Shown: piece by piece, positions 29,177-38,758 of the stretch | Layout: each line of letters begins with the position of its first letter | Position numbering within the stretch: the stretch's first letter is position 1 | DNA from: a bacterium | GTDB lineage: Bacteria > Zhuqueibacterota > QNDG01 > JABMRT01 | Direction: 5' to 3' | Length of the DNA stretch: 64,000 bases | NCBI GenBank assembly: GCA_011046415.1 | Contig: DSAP01000090.1 | Location: 4,590-68,589, forward strand | The notes under the pieces: model-generated | Seen by the model: only the letters and a program-made list of their open reading frames with translations | Told to the model about the DNA's origin: nothing | The model's database searches: none | Position numbers and translations under genes: made by a program

Positions 29177-29863
29177 ATGGACAAGTCAATCAAGCTGCTG
29201 CTTCTGTTCTTCTTCATCGCGGGTACGGGTTGCCGCCGGCAGGCGACCGAGCCGGTGACGACACCGGGCGTAATACAGGGCACGGTCCGGTCGCTTCTGA
29301 TGACCGGCGCTGTGACCGTTCCGTCCGCCTTTGTTTTCTGGGAAGACAGCCTTCTCGCCACGACCGATGCAGAAGGAGATTACCGGATCGACAAGCTGGA
29401 ACCCGGCGAGTATCTGTTGACCGGTTCCGCCCTGTTCTGCGGGGATTCCATCCGGGCGGTCCGGGTGGAGTCCGGAGCCACGGCCGTCCTCGATTTCGAC
29501 CTGATTCCCGATTCGAGCACCGGGAGAGTATACGGCGAGTTTCAGGATGATTTCCTGTTCCGGCAGCGTCTCGTGGAAAATCCGTCCATGTCGGAGTGGA
29601 GCGAGAGAGAGATATTCGATGCGTATACCGGCGCGACGCTCCAGTCGAAAACACTCGGATACGCCCTGCCCGACCGCATGGTGTTCCTGGGTGACAGCAT
29701 CCTGGCTTATGCGGATTCCTGGGGGCAGTTCTGGTTCACGCTCCCGAGCGGGACGTATCCGCTGACAGCAACCTGTGAGGGGTACCGGAGCCGGACCCGG
29801 GTGGTGACCGTTCCCGCGGACGGGCGTGTCTATCTCAATTTCTTCCTGCCGAGGTCGGAATAG
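29177..29863 (+). CDS. lipoprotein with two carboxypeptidase-regulatory-like (CarbopepD_reg) beta-sandwich domains
   Basis: Signal peptide MDKSIKLLLLFFFIAGTGC; GTVRS...EPGEY and GRVYG...PSGTYPLTATCEGY repeats. TAG stop. Confidence 0.55.
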   Translation: MDKSIKLLLLFFFIAGTGCRRQATEPVTTPGVIQGTVRSLLMTGAVTVPSAFVFWEDSLLATTDAEGDYRIDKLEPGEYLLTGSALFCGDSIRAVRVESGATAVLDFDLIPDSSTGRVYGEFQDDFLFRQRLVENPSMSEWSEREIFDAYTGATLQSKTLGYALPDRMVFLGDSILAYADSWGQFWFTLPSGTYPLTATCEGYRSRTRVVTVPADGRVYLNFFLPRSE

Positions 29864-30161
29864 GACTATCCGCCGTCAGGATTTCCGGAATCGCCGACAG
29901 ACATGGTGGACGCCGGAAAAAGTACGTATGCCTAAGCCGGGTTCGTCCGGACGAGCCGGTTCGGTAGCCGGAAAAGGGAAAACCTGATTTAAGGACATGC
30001 AAATCGGGGAGGAAGGGCGACCGGCGACTCACGCCGATTGGATTGTCCGTTTCAAAAATGAGGCCCGGGATCGTTTCAGAAATCATCTCGTCCGTCCAAT
30101 TCTCCGGGGTTGCTCCAGTGGTGATCCGCAAAATCCATGAACCGCATCCAGTCGTATTCTG

Positions 30162-31286
30162 TCAGGTCATGTCGTCCCGGCCGGATAGGTAGCCGATATG
30201 ACCGTCATGCAGCGGGCGCTTCTTCCTCGGCATCTCTCTTTCGGCAAGACCGGTTATTCCGTAAAGTCTGTAGACGGGATCGGCATGGACACATGCCAGG
30301 TATTCTCCTTTTGGGTCCGCATGTTTGTCTTTCTCCGCACTCGCCACATACACGAGCCGGGGTGCCATGAGTGCGATCAGCTTGTGCTGATCGATGGGTA
30401 ATTTGTTTTCCTGGCCGTTGTACTGTTTATAGTTGTTGCTGAACCAGTGTGGAAATTTCCGGTTGATCCGTTTGATCCGCTCACCTTTTTTGCGTCTGGC
30501 CAGTGCGGCTCCCGTACAACCTGAATTGTTGCTGATCACCAGTTCGAAACGTTCATCCTTGGCCCCGCACCAGAGAGCCGCCTTGCCGCCGCGGGAATGG
30601 CCGACCACGGCCATCCGGCTTTCATCGATTTCGGGGTCCGATTCAAAATAATCCATGGCGCGACTGGCGCCCCATGCCCATGCAGCCACGGCTCCCCAGG
30701 CGTCGGGGAGGGGGGCTTCATCCAAATCATCGAACAAACCGATGACCCCTTTCCGGAAATGGAATTTATCGTCCGGTGCCAGATCGGAGATGTGATAAGC
30801 AGCCGCCGTGTAACCCCGAAGAACGATTTCTTCCGCGGGCCAGAACGGTGTTCGGTTTTGCCGGGTGGGATCGATATTTTCTTCACGGGACCGGTGGCAA
30901 ATCAGGAGGAATCCCGGGACCGGTTTCCGTGTCTCGTTCGGGATGAATATGACGAGTGGAATCATACCCTCTCCGGCGGGTCCGGTGAAGCGGATCGCAA
31001 CTAATTTGCGTGTCGCACGGCCCGACATTGCAGACCGGGTCTCTTCGATGATGTCGAAGCGAAGGTCATCCGGCCGCGCGGTTGAGGCACGTCCGTAGAC
31101 TTTTGATCGAAAAAGTTCCAGGATTTCAGGCCGTCGAATCGTCTCCCATTCGGTCTGTGTCTGAATCCGGTCACCTTCACGGGTTTTAAGAGGGTCCGGC
31201 AGCGACAGTCTGCTTCCGATCGCAGCACAGGATATCATCAGAAAAGAGGCGGTCGCGATGACAGGGTGCCGATTCAAATTCATACG
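30162..31286 (-). CDS. alpha/beta-hydrolase, glucuronoyl-esterase-like (CE15-like)
   Basis: Signal peptide/lipobox MNLNRHPVIATASFLMISC; VVGHSRGGKAALW resembles the CE15 G-C-S-R-x-G nucleophile motif. Confidence 0.5.
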   Translation of the reverse strand, partial: RMNLNRHPVIATASFLMISCAAIGSRLSLPDPLKTREGDRIQTQTEWETIRRPEILELFRSKVYGRASTARPDDLRFDIIEETRSAMSGRATRKLVAIRFTGPAGEGMIPLVIFIPNETRKPVPGFLLICHRSREENIDPTRQNRTPFWPAEEIVLRGYTAAAYHISDLAPDDKFHFRKGVIGLFDDLDEAPLPDAWGAVAAWAWGASRAMDYFESDPEIDESRMAVVGHSRGGKAALWCGAKDERFELVISNNSGCTGAALARRKKGERIKRINRKFPHWFSNNYKQYNGQENKLPIDQHKLIALMAPRLVYVASAEKDKHADPKGEYLACVHADPVYRLYGITGLAEREMPRKKRPLHDGHIGYLSGRDDMT

Positions 31287-31524
31287 GTTTTGCCGTGATA
31301 TTGGGAACCGAAGTACCTGTCTGAATAACTTGCGTATCACCCAGACGAAAACCGTTCTCACAGTTTCGGTGGATTTCACCATCAGGGTGCTGAACATTCA
31401 GCTTGAATCCGGTTTGTCTTCAGGATCAATTTCACACGGATATCACCCCGGGCCGGGTCGCGCTTAAAAAACGGATACCTCCCCTGATCGTTCCCGGAGT
31501 AGGCGTCCGGTTATCCCAATCTGC

Positions 31525-32595
31525 CTATTTTTTTACCTTGTCCGGCAGGTCGTCCACCCATTTCAGGATCCGGTCGCAGTTGTATTTGCTGACTTCGTAG
31601 ACCAGGCCGTCGTCCTGGACATAGAGATACGCCCCCCTGTCTTCCCCGAGGTCCTTTCCGAAAATAAAGTTGTGCTGCTGTCCGTCCCGGGTCTTGAAGA
31701 CGAGATAGGTTCCGGGATTGTTGAGGTTCATTCCATATTTGGCGGGTTTGTTCATATCGGCCAATGTGTTGCCGATCCGGTCCACCACCTCCGATGCGAA
31801 GACGCCGGTGATATCACGGAGAAAATTCTCCATCTCCTTCGCATCCATTTCGACTTCACGGCCGCTTCCGGAGAGTACCCAGTAACTTTCCTTGCTCGTG
31901 GTCGTCGTGGTGTCGTCCTTCTGTTCAGTGACTTCCCGTTCCATCTTCTTCAGATAGCGATATATGCCGCACCTGGCAATCGCGACTTCCCTGAGCTGCT
32001 CCTTGTCCTGGTCGATGGCCTTCAGGTCGAAGAAAGAACGCGGTCTGAAACGGGTGAGCGTGTCGATATCGCCGTAGACAGACAGGGCGGAGAGGATGTT
32101 GTTGTCCGTGAAGTAGACCCTGTCGCGGTCCGCGAAACGGACGAATCCGCCGTCCGAATCCCCGGCTTTCTTCCCGATGAGCAGGTTGGCGAGGGGCCTG
32201 CCGGTCTCATCCTTCAGCATCAGTTGGATGCCCTTGTCGTCCGTGAGATCATATTGGGGGTGATGCCTCGGGTCGGCGCTGCGTACTTTCCCCGTCATCT
32301 GGATGAGATCCTCGATCAGTTTGTCGATCCGGCTCTTCTGGGCTTTCACATTGAACGAGGTGGGGATTCGCCACCTGTCCCGCTCGGTCCGGGTGAAAAT
32401 CATCTGGGCGCGTCCTTCAGGGCCGGTGTGTTTGGACACCTCGATGGCCGCCACATCCTCGGCAGCCACGCCGATAAGAATGGTTTGTACGAGTTCGTCA
32501 ATCCGGACGGTGCTGTGCCGCGGCCGCGTGACGAAGAACAGAATCAGCAGTGCGATGAATACCCCGGCAAAAATCTTGATTTCTTTTTCTTTCAT
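31525..32595 (-). CDS. DUF4340-domain protein (GldG-associated)
   Basis: N-terminal TM anchor then about 330-aa periplasmic domain; directly downstream of gldG, as usual for DUF4340. Confidence 0.55.
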   Translation of the reverse strand: MKEKEIKIFAGVFIALLILFFVTRPRHSTVRIDELVQTILIGVAAEDVAAIEVSKHTGPEGRAQMIFTRTERDRWRIPTSFNVKAQKSRIDKLIEDLIQMTGKVRSADPRHHPQYDLTDDKGIQLMLKDETGRPLANLLIGKKAGDSDGGFVRFADRDRVYFTDNNILSALSVYGDIDTLTRFRPRSFFDLKAIDQDKEQLREVAIARCGIYRYLKKMEREVTEQKDDTTTTTSKESYWVLSGSGREVEMDAKEMENFLRDITGVFASEVVDRIGNTLADMNKPAKYGMNLNNPGTYLVFKTRDGQQHNFIFGKDLGEDRGAYLYVQDDGLVYEVSKYNCDRILKWVDDLPDKVKK

Positions 32596-32702
32596 CTGTC
32601 CTAGCCTCTCGGGTTTGAAAGGGGTTGCATTTTACCGTCAAACGAAAGACGCCGGAGAAATCGGGGAAGACGGAAAAGATTTCTCCGTATCTTTCAATCA
32701 GC

Positions 32703-34469
32703 CTATTTCTTCTTCCTTTTAACGGTCAGGTAGATGCCGAGGAGGACGAAGACGGCAGGGCTGAACCAGACCACGAATCCCTTGGCCAAGGCCTTGCCTG
32801 CGGGGCCGATCGTCCTGATGCGCCTGGCCGTGATGGTTTTCGACCGGATATTGATCAGGTCGTCTCCGAGCGTGAGTGCATCCACCGTGTTGCGCAGCAG
32901 GGCGACGTGGCTCGGGATCGACTGAAGCATGTCGCTCTTGAACATGTTCGCACAACCGATCGCCAGGATCTTGCCGAATTTCCCCTTTACGGACAATTCG
33001 ACCGGTACGGGTTCTTTCTCAGCCTCCTCGTCCGACTCGGGCCAGGGCGGAACCACCCCATCGGAGAATTTCGGTTTGAATGAGCCCTCCACGAGAATGC
33101 CGAGCGGCTGTCTCCGCAGGACCGCCTCCTGCGGCGGCGGATCGGTATTCACCGGACCGTATCCCATTCCGTCTCGTGTCCAGCTCACGTTGCTGGAAGT
33201 GAAGAGCGTTTTGTGGGACAGGGTGTCCTGTTTCATCCTGTCATCGTGTACGATCAGGCGGGTTCCATACAAGTAGAAGAGTTCCGTGATTTTGTTCGAG
33301 ATCGAGAGCCGGTTGTTGATGTTCTCGGCATTGACACGGATCATGACCGGTTTGGTGACCGGTTCGAGTCGCTGCTCCCTGACCTGCATGAATCCGAGGT
33401 TGCGGGTGCTGTAGACCGGCACCTGGATGTAGGCCGTATTCTGATCCATGAACATCCGCGTATCGAATTCGAATCCATAGTGTCTCACGAGGTCATTCAG
33501 ATTGACCCGGGTCGGCATGCCGCGCAGTTCGAAATTTCCAGGCGTCGTATACTGAACCTGATAATTATGCATCTGTGCGGCCAAGATGACGGAGACGCCT
33601 TCTTGAATGAGTTTATCCAGTTCATAAAGCTGTCGTTCGGCGAGCGGTTGATCCGCCATGACGAGCATGGTCTGGATATTTTCTGGGATGGGATCGTCCT
33701 TTTTGATATTCGTCCGCGTGACGTCGTAACCGGCTTCCCGAAGGACTCTGACGGTGGCCTCATACATATCCGGGGGCGCCTGCTGGTAATGCTGCATCAT
33801 ATGAGGGGGAATTTCGGGTTGTGCGGGATAAAAGCCGATTCTCGGGCGTCTGTTCGCGACCAGTTTATAAATTCGCGACATGATCTCGTATTCCAGACTG
33901 CCGAAGGTTTCTGGCCGGACTTCCTCGATTACATCTTCCTTGCGATCCAGATAACTCAGGACGAGGGAGGAGTAGACGCGTTTGATCGCAAACTCATCCC
34001 GTTCGGTACTCTGGACGCCGAAGGGGATCACGCCTTTCTCGAAAAGCCGTTCGGCAATTTTTTTGCGCGTCACACCGGGCGCATCCGTGTCATCTTTTGT
34101 CCCGGCCTTTTCGGATTCCAGTGCCTCGCGTTCCTCCTCCGCAGAAGGATCGAAAACGGTATAGGTCAGCTTTCCGTCCGAGGCCATTTCGAGTTCCCTG
34201 AGCTTGTCGATGACGTCCCGTTCCAGATTCTTCCACTGGGTGGGCATCTTTTCGGAGGAGGATACATAGTACGTGATGTCTATCGGCGCCTCGAGCTGAG
34301 ACAGAATCGTGCGTACGGAAGGCGACAGCCTGTAGACCTGGTCGGCTGTGAGATCGAACCGGCCGACATTGAAATTGCCGATCACCATATTCAACAAAAC
34401 GGCGATTCCGGTCACGAGCAACGCACCGATCACGAATCGGGCGGTGAAATCATTTTTCCAGTCCTTCAT
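32703..34469 (-). CDS. gldG: GldG-like ABC-transporter-associated protein
   Basis: 588 aa; N- and C-terminal TM helices flanking a large periplasmic domain; ABC-type uncharacterised transport system architecture. Confidence 0.7.
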   Translation of the reverse strand: MKDWKNDFTARFVIGALLVTGIAVLLNMVIGNFNVGRFDLTADQVYRLSPSVRTILSQLEAPIDITYYVSSSEKMPTQWKNLERDVIDKLRELEMASDGKLTYTVFDPSAEEEREALESEKAGTKDDTDAPGVTRKKIAERLFEKGVIPFGVQSTERDEFAIKRVYSSLVLSYLDRKEDVIEEVRPETFGSLEYEIMSRIYKLVANRRPRIGFYPAQPEIPPHMMQHYQQAPPDMYEATVRVLREAGYDVTRTNIKKDDPIPENIQTMLVMADQPLAERQLYELDKLIQEGVSVILAAQMHNYQVQYTTPGNFELRGMPTRVNLNDLVRHYGFEFDTRMFMDQNTAYIQVPVYSTRNLGFMQVREQRLEPVTKPVMIRVNAENINNRLSISNKITELFYLYGTRLIVHDDRMKQDTLSHKTLFTSSNVSWTRDGMGYGPVNTDPPPQEAVLRRQPLGILVEGSFKPKFSDGVVPPWPESDEEAEKEPVPVELSVKGKFGKILAIGCANMFKSDMLQSIPSHVALLRNTVDALTLGDDLINIRSKTITARRIRTIGPAGKALAKGFVVWFSPAVFVLLGIYLTVKRKKK

Positions 34470-34470
34470 C

Positions 34471-35199
34471 TTAAAATTTTCTCCTTTCCAATACTTTGGC
34501 GTTCAGAAAAAGGAACAGCGCAGTAAAGGACAAGAAATAGACGACGCTGCGGAGGTCGACCACGCCGCGTTCAATGTCGTTGAAATGGCGCGAGACGCCG
34601 ACATAATGATACAGGAAGGATCCCAGACCCGGAATCCAGCCGTCGATCACCATGGGCACATAGCGCCATCCGATGAGTACGAAGAATCCGCAGACGAGGC
34701 TGGTGATGATCAGCGAAATGATCTGATCAGAGAAAAACGCGGAAATAAAGATGCCGAGGGCCAGAAAGAAAGCCCCCAGAAGGATGGCGCCGAAATATCC
34801 GCCCGCGATGGGTCCGAAATCCGGTCTTCCCAGGAACAGGAGCATAAGCGGGATGGTCAGGGTGCCCGCCAGGGCGACCAGATAGAAAACCAGACTGGCC
34901 AGGTATTTTCCGAGCACGATGTGTTCCGTCCTGATGGGAAGGGTGAGGAGTAGTTCCACGGTCCCGAGTTTCTTTTCTTCGGACCACAGCCGCATCGTGA
35001 TTGCGGGGATGAAAATCATCCCGAGCACGAGGGGCAACGTAGAGAAGAAGGCGCGCATGTCGGCATTGCCGAAGAAGAAGAAATGGAACATATAAAGGCC
35101 GGTGTTCAACACGATGAAGATGATGCTGAAGACATAGGCGATCGGGGAGTAGAAATAGGCGTCGAATTCCCGCTTGAAGATGACCTTGACGTCGTTCAT
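34471..35199 (-). CDS. gldF: ABC-2 family permease (GldF-like)
   Basis: 242 aa, six TM helices; 4-nt overlap with gldA. Confidence 0.7.
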   Translation of the reverse strand: MNDVKVIFKREFDAYFYSPIAYVFSIIFIVLNTGLYMFHFFFFGNADMRAFFSTLPLVLGMIFIPAITMRLWSEEKKLGTVELLLTLPIRTEHIVLGKYLASLVFYLVALAGTLTIPLMLLFLGRPDFGPIAGGYFGAILLGAFFLALGIFISAFFSDQIISLIITSLVCGFFVLIGWRYVPMVIDGWIPGLGSFLYHYVGVSRHFNDIERGVVDLRSVVYFLSFTALFLFLNAKVLERRKF

Positions 35200-36149
35200 G
35201 CGTCGCCTCCCTGACTGTTTTTATCTCCTGAGGTCAGCCGGATGAAGGTGTCTTCGAGAGACATCTGTTCCGGTGTAAAATTAAAAATATCCCATTTTTT
35301 TTCGCGGATCAGTTCATTCAGCTTGCCGGTCAGATCGACCTTCGCCTCTGAAAAAAGATGCGCACCGACGACCCCGCGCGGAAGCGCTTCATCGTAAATG
35401 ATATCCTTGAGATCCATGGACCGGACGGATGAATCAAAATCTTTTTTGGGTGCCCTGACTGCGATATAGACCGAATTCTGATCCGAAACCCTGCGGACGA
35501 GATCCTCAAATTTACCATCCGCTGCGATCCGCCCGTTATGGATCATGAGGATGCGGTCCGACACGGCGGCCGCTTCGGACAGGATGTGGGTAGAGAGGAT
35601 GATGGTCTTCTCGTGGGCCAGCTCCTTGATCAGCTTGCGGATTCCGATGATCTGGAGCGGATCGAGTCCCGAAGTCGGCTCGTCGAGTATCAGCACGGCC
35701 GGATCGTGGATGAGGGCCTGCGCGAGACAGGTACGCTGTCTGAATCCCTTGGAGAGCTCGCCGATTTTGCGCCGGAGCACAGTGCCCAGACCCGCAGCCT
35801 CGACCACCCAGTCGAAACGTGATTTAAACGCGCCGTTCAGGTGACGCGCCCGGCCGACGAATTCCAGGTATTCATGAACGAGCATGTCGGCATAGAGGGG
35901 TGTGGTCTCAGGCAGGTAGCCGATCAGTTCGCGCACTTCGAGGGCGTTTTCAACCACATCGAAACCGCCGACCGTCACCGTTCCCGATGAGGGTGCCGTG
36001 TAGGTGGTGATGATTTTCATGGTCGTGGATTTGCCGGCGCCGTTGGGCCCGACGAACCCCACGATCTCGCCTTTCGGGATGGAGAAACTCACATTCGCTA
36101 CAGCCTGGATGGGGCCGTAATTCTTACAGACATTCTTGAGTGTAATCAT
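35196..36149 (-). CDS. gldA: ABC transporter ATP-binding protein (GldA-like)
   Basis: Walker A GPNGAGKST, ABC signature LSKGFRQR, Walker B ILDEPTSGLD. Confidence 0.85.
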   Translation of the reverse strand: MITLKNVCKNYGPIQAVANVSFSIPKGEIVGFVGPNGAGKSTTMKIITTYTAPSSGTVTVGGFDVVENALEVRELIGYLPETTPLYADMLVHEYLEFVGRARHLNGAFKSRFDWVVEAAGLGTVLRRKIGELSKGFRQRTCLAQALIHDPAVLILDEPTSGLDPLQIIGIRKLIKELAHEKTIILSTHILSEAAAVSDRILMIHNGRIAADGKFEDLVRRVSDQNSVYIAVRAPKKDFDSSVRSMDLKDIIYDEALPRGVVGAHLFSEAKVDLTGKLNELIREKKWDIFNFTPEQMSLEDTFIRLTSGDKNSQGGDA

Positions 36150-36785
36150 AACCTGTCCTCATGTTACGATTCCGGTGCCCTGTCGTGTTTTTTTTATATC
36201 GTTTGGTGGGATCTTTTTCTTACAATACCATCGGGTTCAACATGGGATTCAGAAATCATCTTTCATCGGTTTTCTCTCCTTCATATCATATCATTCAAGG
36301 ACGACATCGGTTATCCTGCCGGAAAATCATCATAATCAACGCAGAAAAACGAATTTGGGTTCCAATTTAACAGGGGTCAGGCAGTCCGAATAATTAATCC
36401 TGCCCTATTTTTGTATGGTTTCATTCTCCCCGTCTCATCATGGGGGAGTGCATTGGCCCCCCGCCGTTCGCCTCCGACCACTGGCCGTTATGAATTAACG
36501 CATGGTTTTAGGGCGCGTTGGAATCATTTAATTACACAATTCATAAATTTTTCAGGAGATAAATGCCGTGTGTGAAATCCGAAAATAATCAGGAGTCAGG
36601 CCGTATCATTCTAAGGCGGGACCGCAATAAAAAGGCAGATAGAAGTGAAGTGATATTAATTCAAATCATATTTATTTAGACCGCTTCTGTCTTATCAAAG
36701 ATAGGATGCCGTTCCCGATTCCGGCAGAATGGAACGGTGCTTTCTATCCTTGAGCAGGTCATGTGTTTCCTGCCGGAAGGAAAGG

Positions 36786-36814
36786 TTGACAAACAGTCCG
36801 GTAATCACTAAATT
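36786..36814 (+). promoter_or_regulatory. sigma-70-like promoter (TTGACA-N17-TAAATT) for the outer-membrane beta-barrel gene
   Basis: Exact -35 hexamer and 17-nt spacer, about 38 bp upstream of the start. Confidence 0.4.
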
Positions 36815-36851
36815 ACATTGTAAAAAAAATGATTTGTTGAGGAGTTTTTAT

Positions 36852-37400
36852 ATGAGGCGATTACCGATTGCTTCAGGAATCCTGTTTTTCATCATTTTCT
36901 CGACATCTCTTTTGGCCGGACAGGCCGGAAGGCCGCATTTCGGATTCTCGGCCGGCCTCGGTCTGCCGAAGATACCCCTTTCTCAATTCAGGACGCCTGT
37001 TTCGTTTCTGGCAAGCGGGATGGTTTATATGCCTGTCTACGCCAGAATGGGCATACAAATGGACGGGAATGCGCTGACCACGGTGAGCATGGGGACGGTC
37101 AACAGGGCGGAGGATGATTTTAAATTTGATCTGATCTGGGCCTCGGCAAGCCTGACCTACCGGATGCGCGGATTGATGGAAAGCCGTGCCGCGTTGATGG
37201 CCGGCTTCGGTGTGTACCGTATCGACCGGCGGATCGACAGGCGAAACGATCGGCTCGATACGTCCGGTTTCACTCTCGGGATGTCCCAGTGGATGAAACC
37301 CGGCGGCAGGGGCGGGTATTTCGAGATACGCTGGCATCTGCTTTTCAAACCGGAAGACAATCCCCAGGTGCTGACGCTGACTTACGGGTTTCTCCTGTGA
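36852..37400 (+). CDS. small outer-membrane beta-barrel protein (OmpW/OmpA-beta-barrel-like)
   Basis: GAGGAG ribosome-binding site; signal peptide MRRLPIASGILFFIIFSTSLLA; alternating amphipathic beta-strands, aromatic-rich C-terminus. Confidence 0.55.
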   Translation: MRRLPIASGILFFIIFSTSLLAGQAGRPHFGFSAGLGLPKIPLSQFRTPVSFLASGMVYMPVYARMGIQMDGNALTTVSMGTVNRAEDDFKFDLIWASASLTYRMRGLMESRAALMAGFGVYRIDRRIDRRNDRLDTSGFTLGMSQWMKPGGRGGYFEIRWHLLFKPEDNPQVLTLTYGFLL

Positions 37401-38086
37401 GTGATTCCGGCCGGCGTTCCCTGAAAGCATTCCGGAGGCGCATCACCTATTCCCATGCCTTTATTGCTTTCGTCTCGGGACTGGCCATGCTGCTGATCCG
37501 TGCCTATCTGCCGTGCCTCAGGGTCCGTAGGTTCTTTCATCCCGAATTTCTGAAACTGGACCGAGACCGTGTTTTTTACGGATTCTGGCACGGACGCCTT
37601 TTTTTGCTCGTGCCGGTTTTCGGTCCCTGGCATGTGACGATCATGACCGATCTGAGCTGGGCGGGTGAACTGCTCGCGCGAATCTTGATCCGTTTCGGCT
37701 ATCATGTCGTGCGCGGATCGAGCAAGCGCGGGGGGGTCCAGGGCGTCATACACATGAAAAAAAAGGTCGAGACCGGTGTGGGCGGGGCGCTCGCACTCGA
37801 CGGTCCCCGCGGTCCATATCGCCAATCCAAGCCGGGGATCCTCTTCCTCGCCGGGAAATTGGACTATCCCATCGTTCCCCTTGCCTTCGGTGCGAACCGC
37901 TACTGGACCCTCAGGACATGGGATCGGGTGGTCATTCCGAAACCTTTTTCGCGGTGCGTGGTCGGACTCGGAAGACCCATCCCGGCTAACCGGATCCGGC
38001 AGGGATTGGAGACCGAAGAGCTCGATCGTCTGATCGACGGCTGGACGGAAACTTGCGACCGGTCCGTGAGACACCGGCCATCCTGA
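37397..38086 (+). CDS. DUF374 (lysophospholipid-acyltransferase-like) family protein
   Basis: FYGFWHGRLF, HVVRGSSKRGG and LDGPRGP motifs characteristic of DUF374; GTG start overlapping the upstream TGA (GTGA). Confidence 0.6.
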   Translation: MSDSGRRSLKAFRRRITYSHAFIAFVSGLAMLLIRAYLPCLRVRRFFHPEFLKLDRDRVFYGFWHGRLFLLVPVFGPWHVTIMTDLSWAGELLARILIRFGYHVVRGSSKRGGVQGVIHMKKKVETGVGGALALDGPRGPYRQSKPGILFLAGKLDYPIVPLAFGANRYWTLRTWDRVVIPKPFSRCVVGLGRPIPANRIRQGLETEELDRLIDGWTETCDRSVRHRPS

Positions 38087-38182
38087 AACGCCGTAAATGG
38101 GAGCCGTCCGGTTCAAAGGTAAGCGATCAGGAGTCCGAACTCCTAACTTATAACTCTTAACTTGTAACTTAAAAAAGTATTT

Positions 38183-38758
38183 ATGGAAACCCGCCTACAG
38201 GTCCGTTCCTTCGATTCCCGGCTCTCGCCGGAAGAGTTCCGGGAGGTCCCGCGGAATCCCGTCTATCCCATCCTCGACAATCTCCGCAGCGCGTTCAATG
38301 TCGGTTCGGTGATCCGTACGGCGGATTGCATCCTCGCAGAAAAGATTTGTCTCTGCGGCTATACGGCCCACCCTCCACACAAAAAACTCGACAAAACGTC
38401 TCTGGGCGCCCTGCCTTATGTGCCGTGGGCGTATTACGAGACAACTTCCGAGGCGATTCGGGTGTATAAGGACCTGGGGGTTCCCGTCGTGGCGCTCGAG
38501 TTGACCAACCGAAGCCGGCTCATCTGGGAGTACCGGTTCCCCCTCCCGGTTGCGCTGGTTCTCGGCAATGAGGCGCTGGGCGTCTCACATGAGGCACTTG
38601 CCGTGGCCGACGACATCCTCGAGATCCCCATGCTGGGGTATAAGAATTCAATCAACGTGGCCGTAGCCTTCGGCATCGCGGCTTATGAAATTCAGCGTCA
38701 GCACTGGCAGCGGTTTGTGCCGCAGCTTGCGTCGAGGAAGGGGGAGGGGGAGAAATGA
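38183..38758 (+). CDS. SpoU/TrmH-family RNA 2'-O-ribose methyltransferase
   Basis: SPOUT motifs NVGSVIRTAD, LVLGNEALGV, IPMLGYKNSINVAVAFGIAAYE. Confidence 0.85.
   Translation: METRLQVRSFDSRLSPEEFREVPRNPVYPILDNLRSAFNVGSVIRTADCILAEKICLCGYTAHPPHKKLDKTSLGALPYVPWAYYETTSEAIRVYKDLGVPVVALELTNRSRLIWEYRFPLPVALVLGNEALGVSHEALAVADDILEIPMLGYKNSINVAVAFGIAAYEIQRQHWQRFVPQLASRKGEGEK

Noticed and set aside
29864-30161. Repeated GCCGGTTCG motifs downstream of the esterase gene as a structured RNA
   Set aside because: Only 4-5-bp stems with mismatches; no convincing terminator or conserved fold.
36136-36393. Short ORFs at 36136-36393 and 36161-36370 in the gldA upstream region
   Set aside because: They overlap the gldA start and ribosome-binding site on the opposite strand, have no homology and fall within an AT-rich promoter region.
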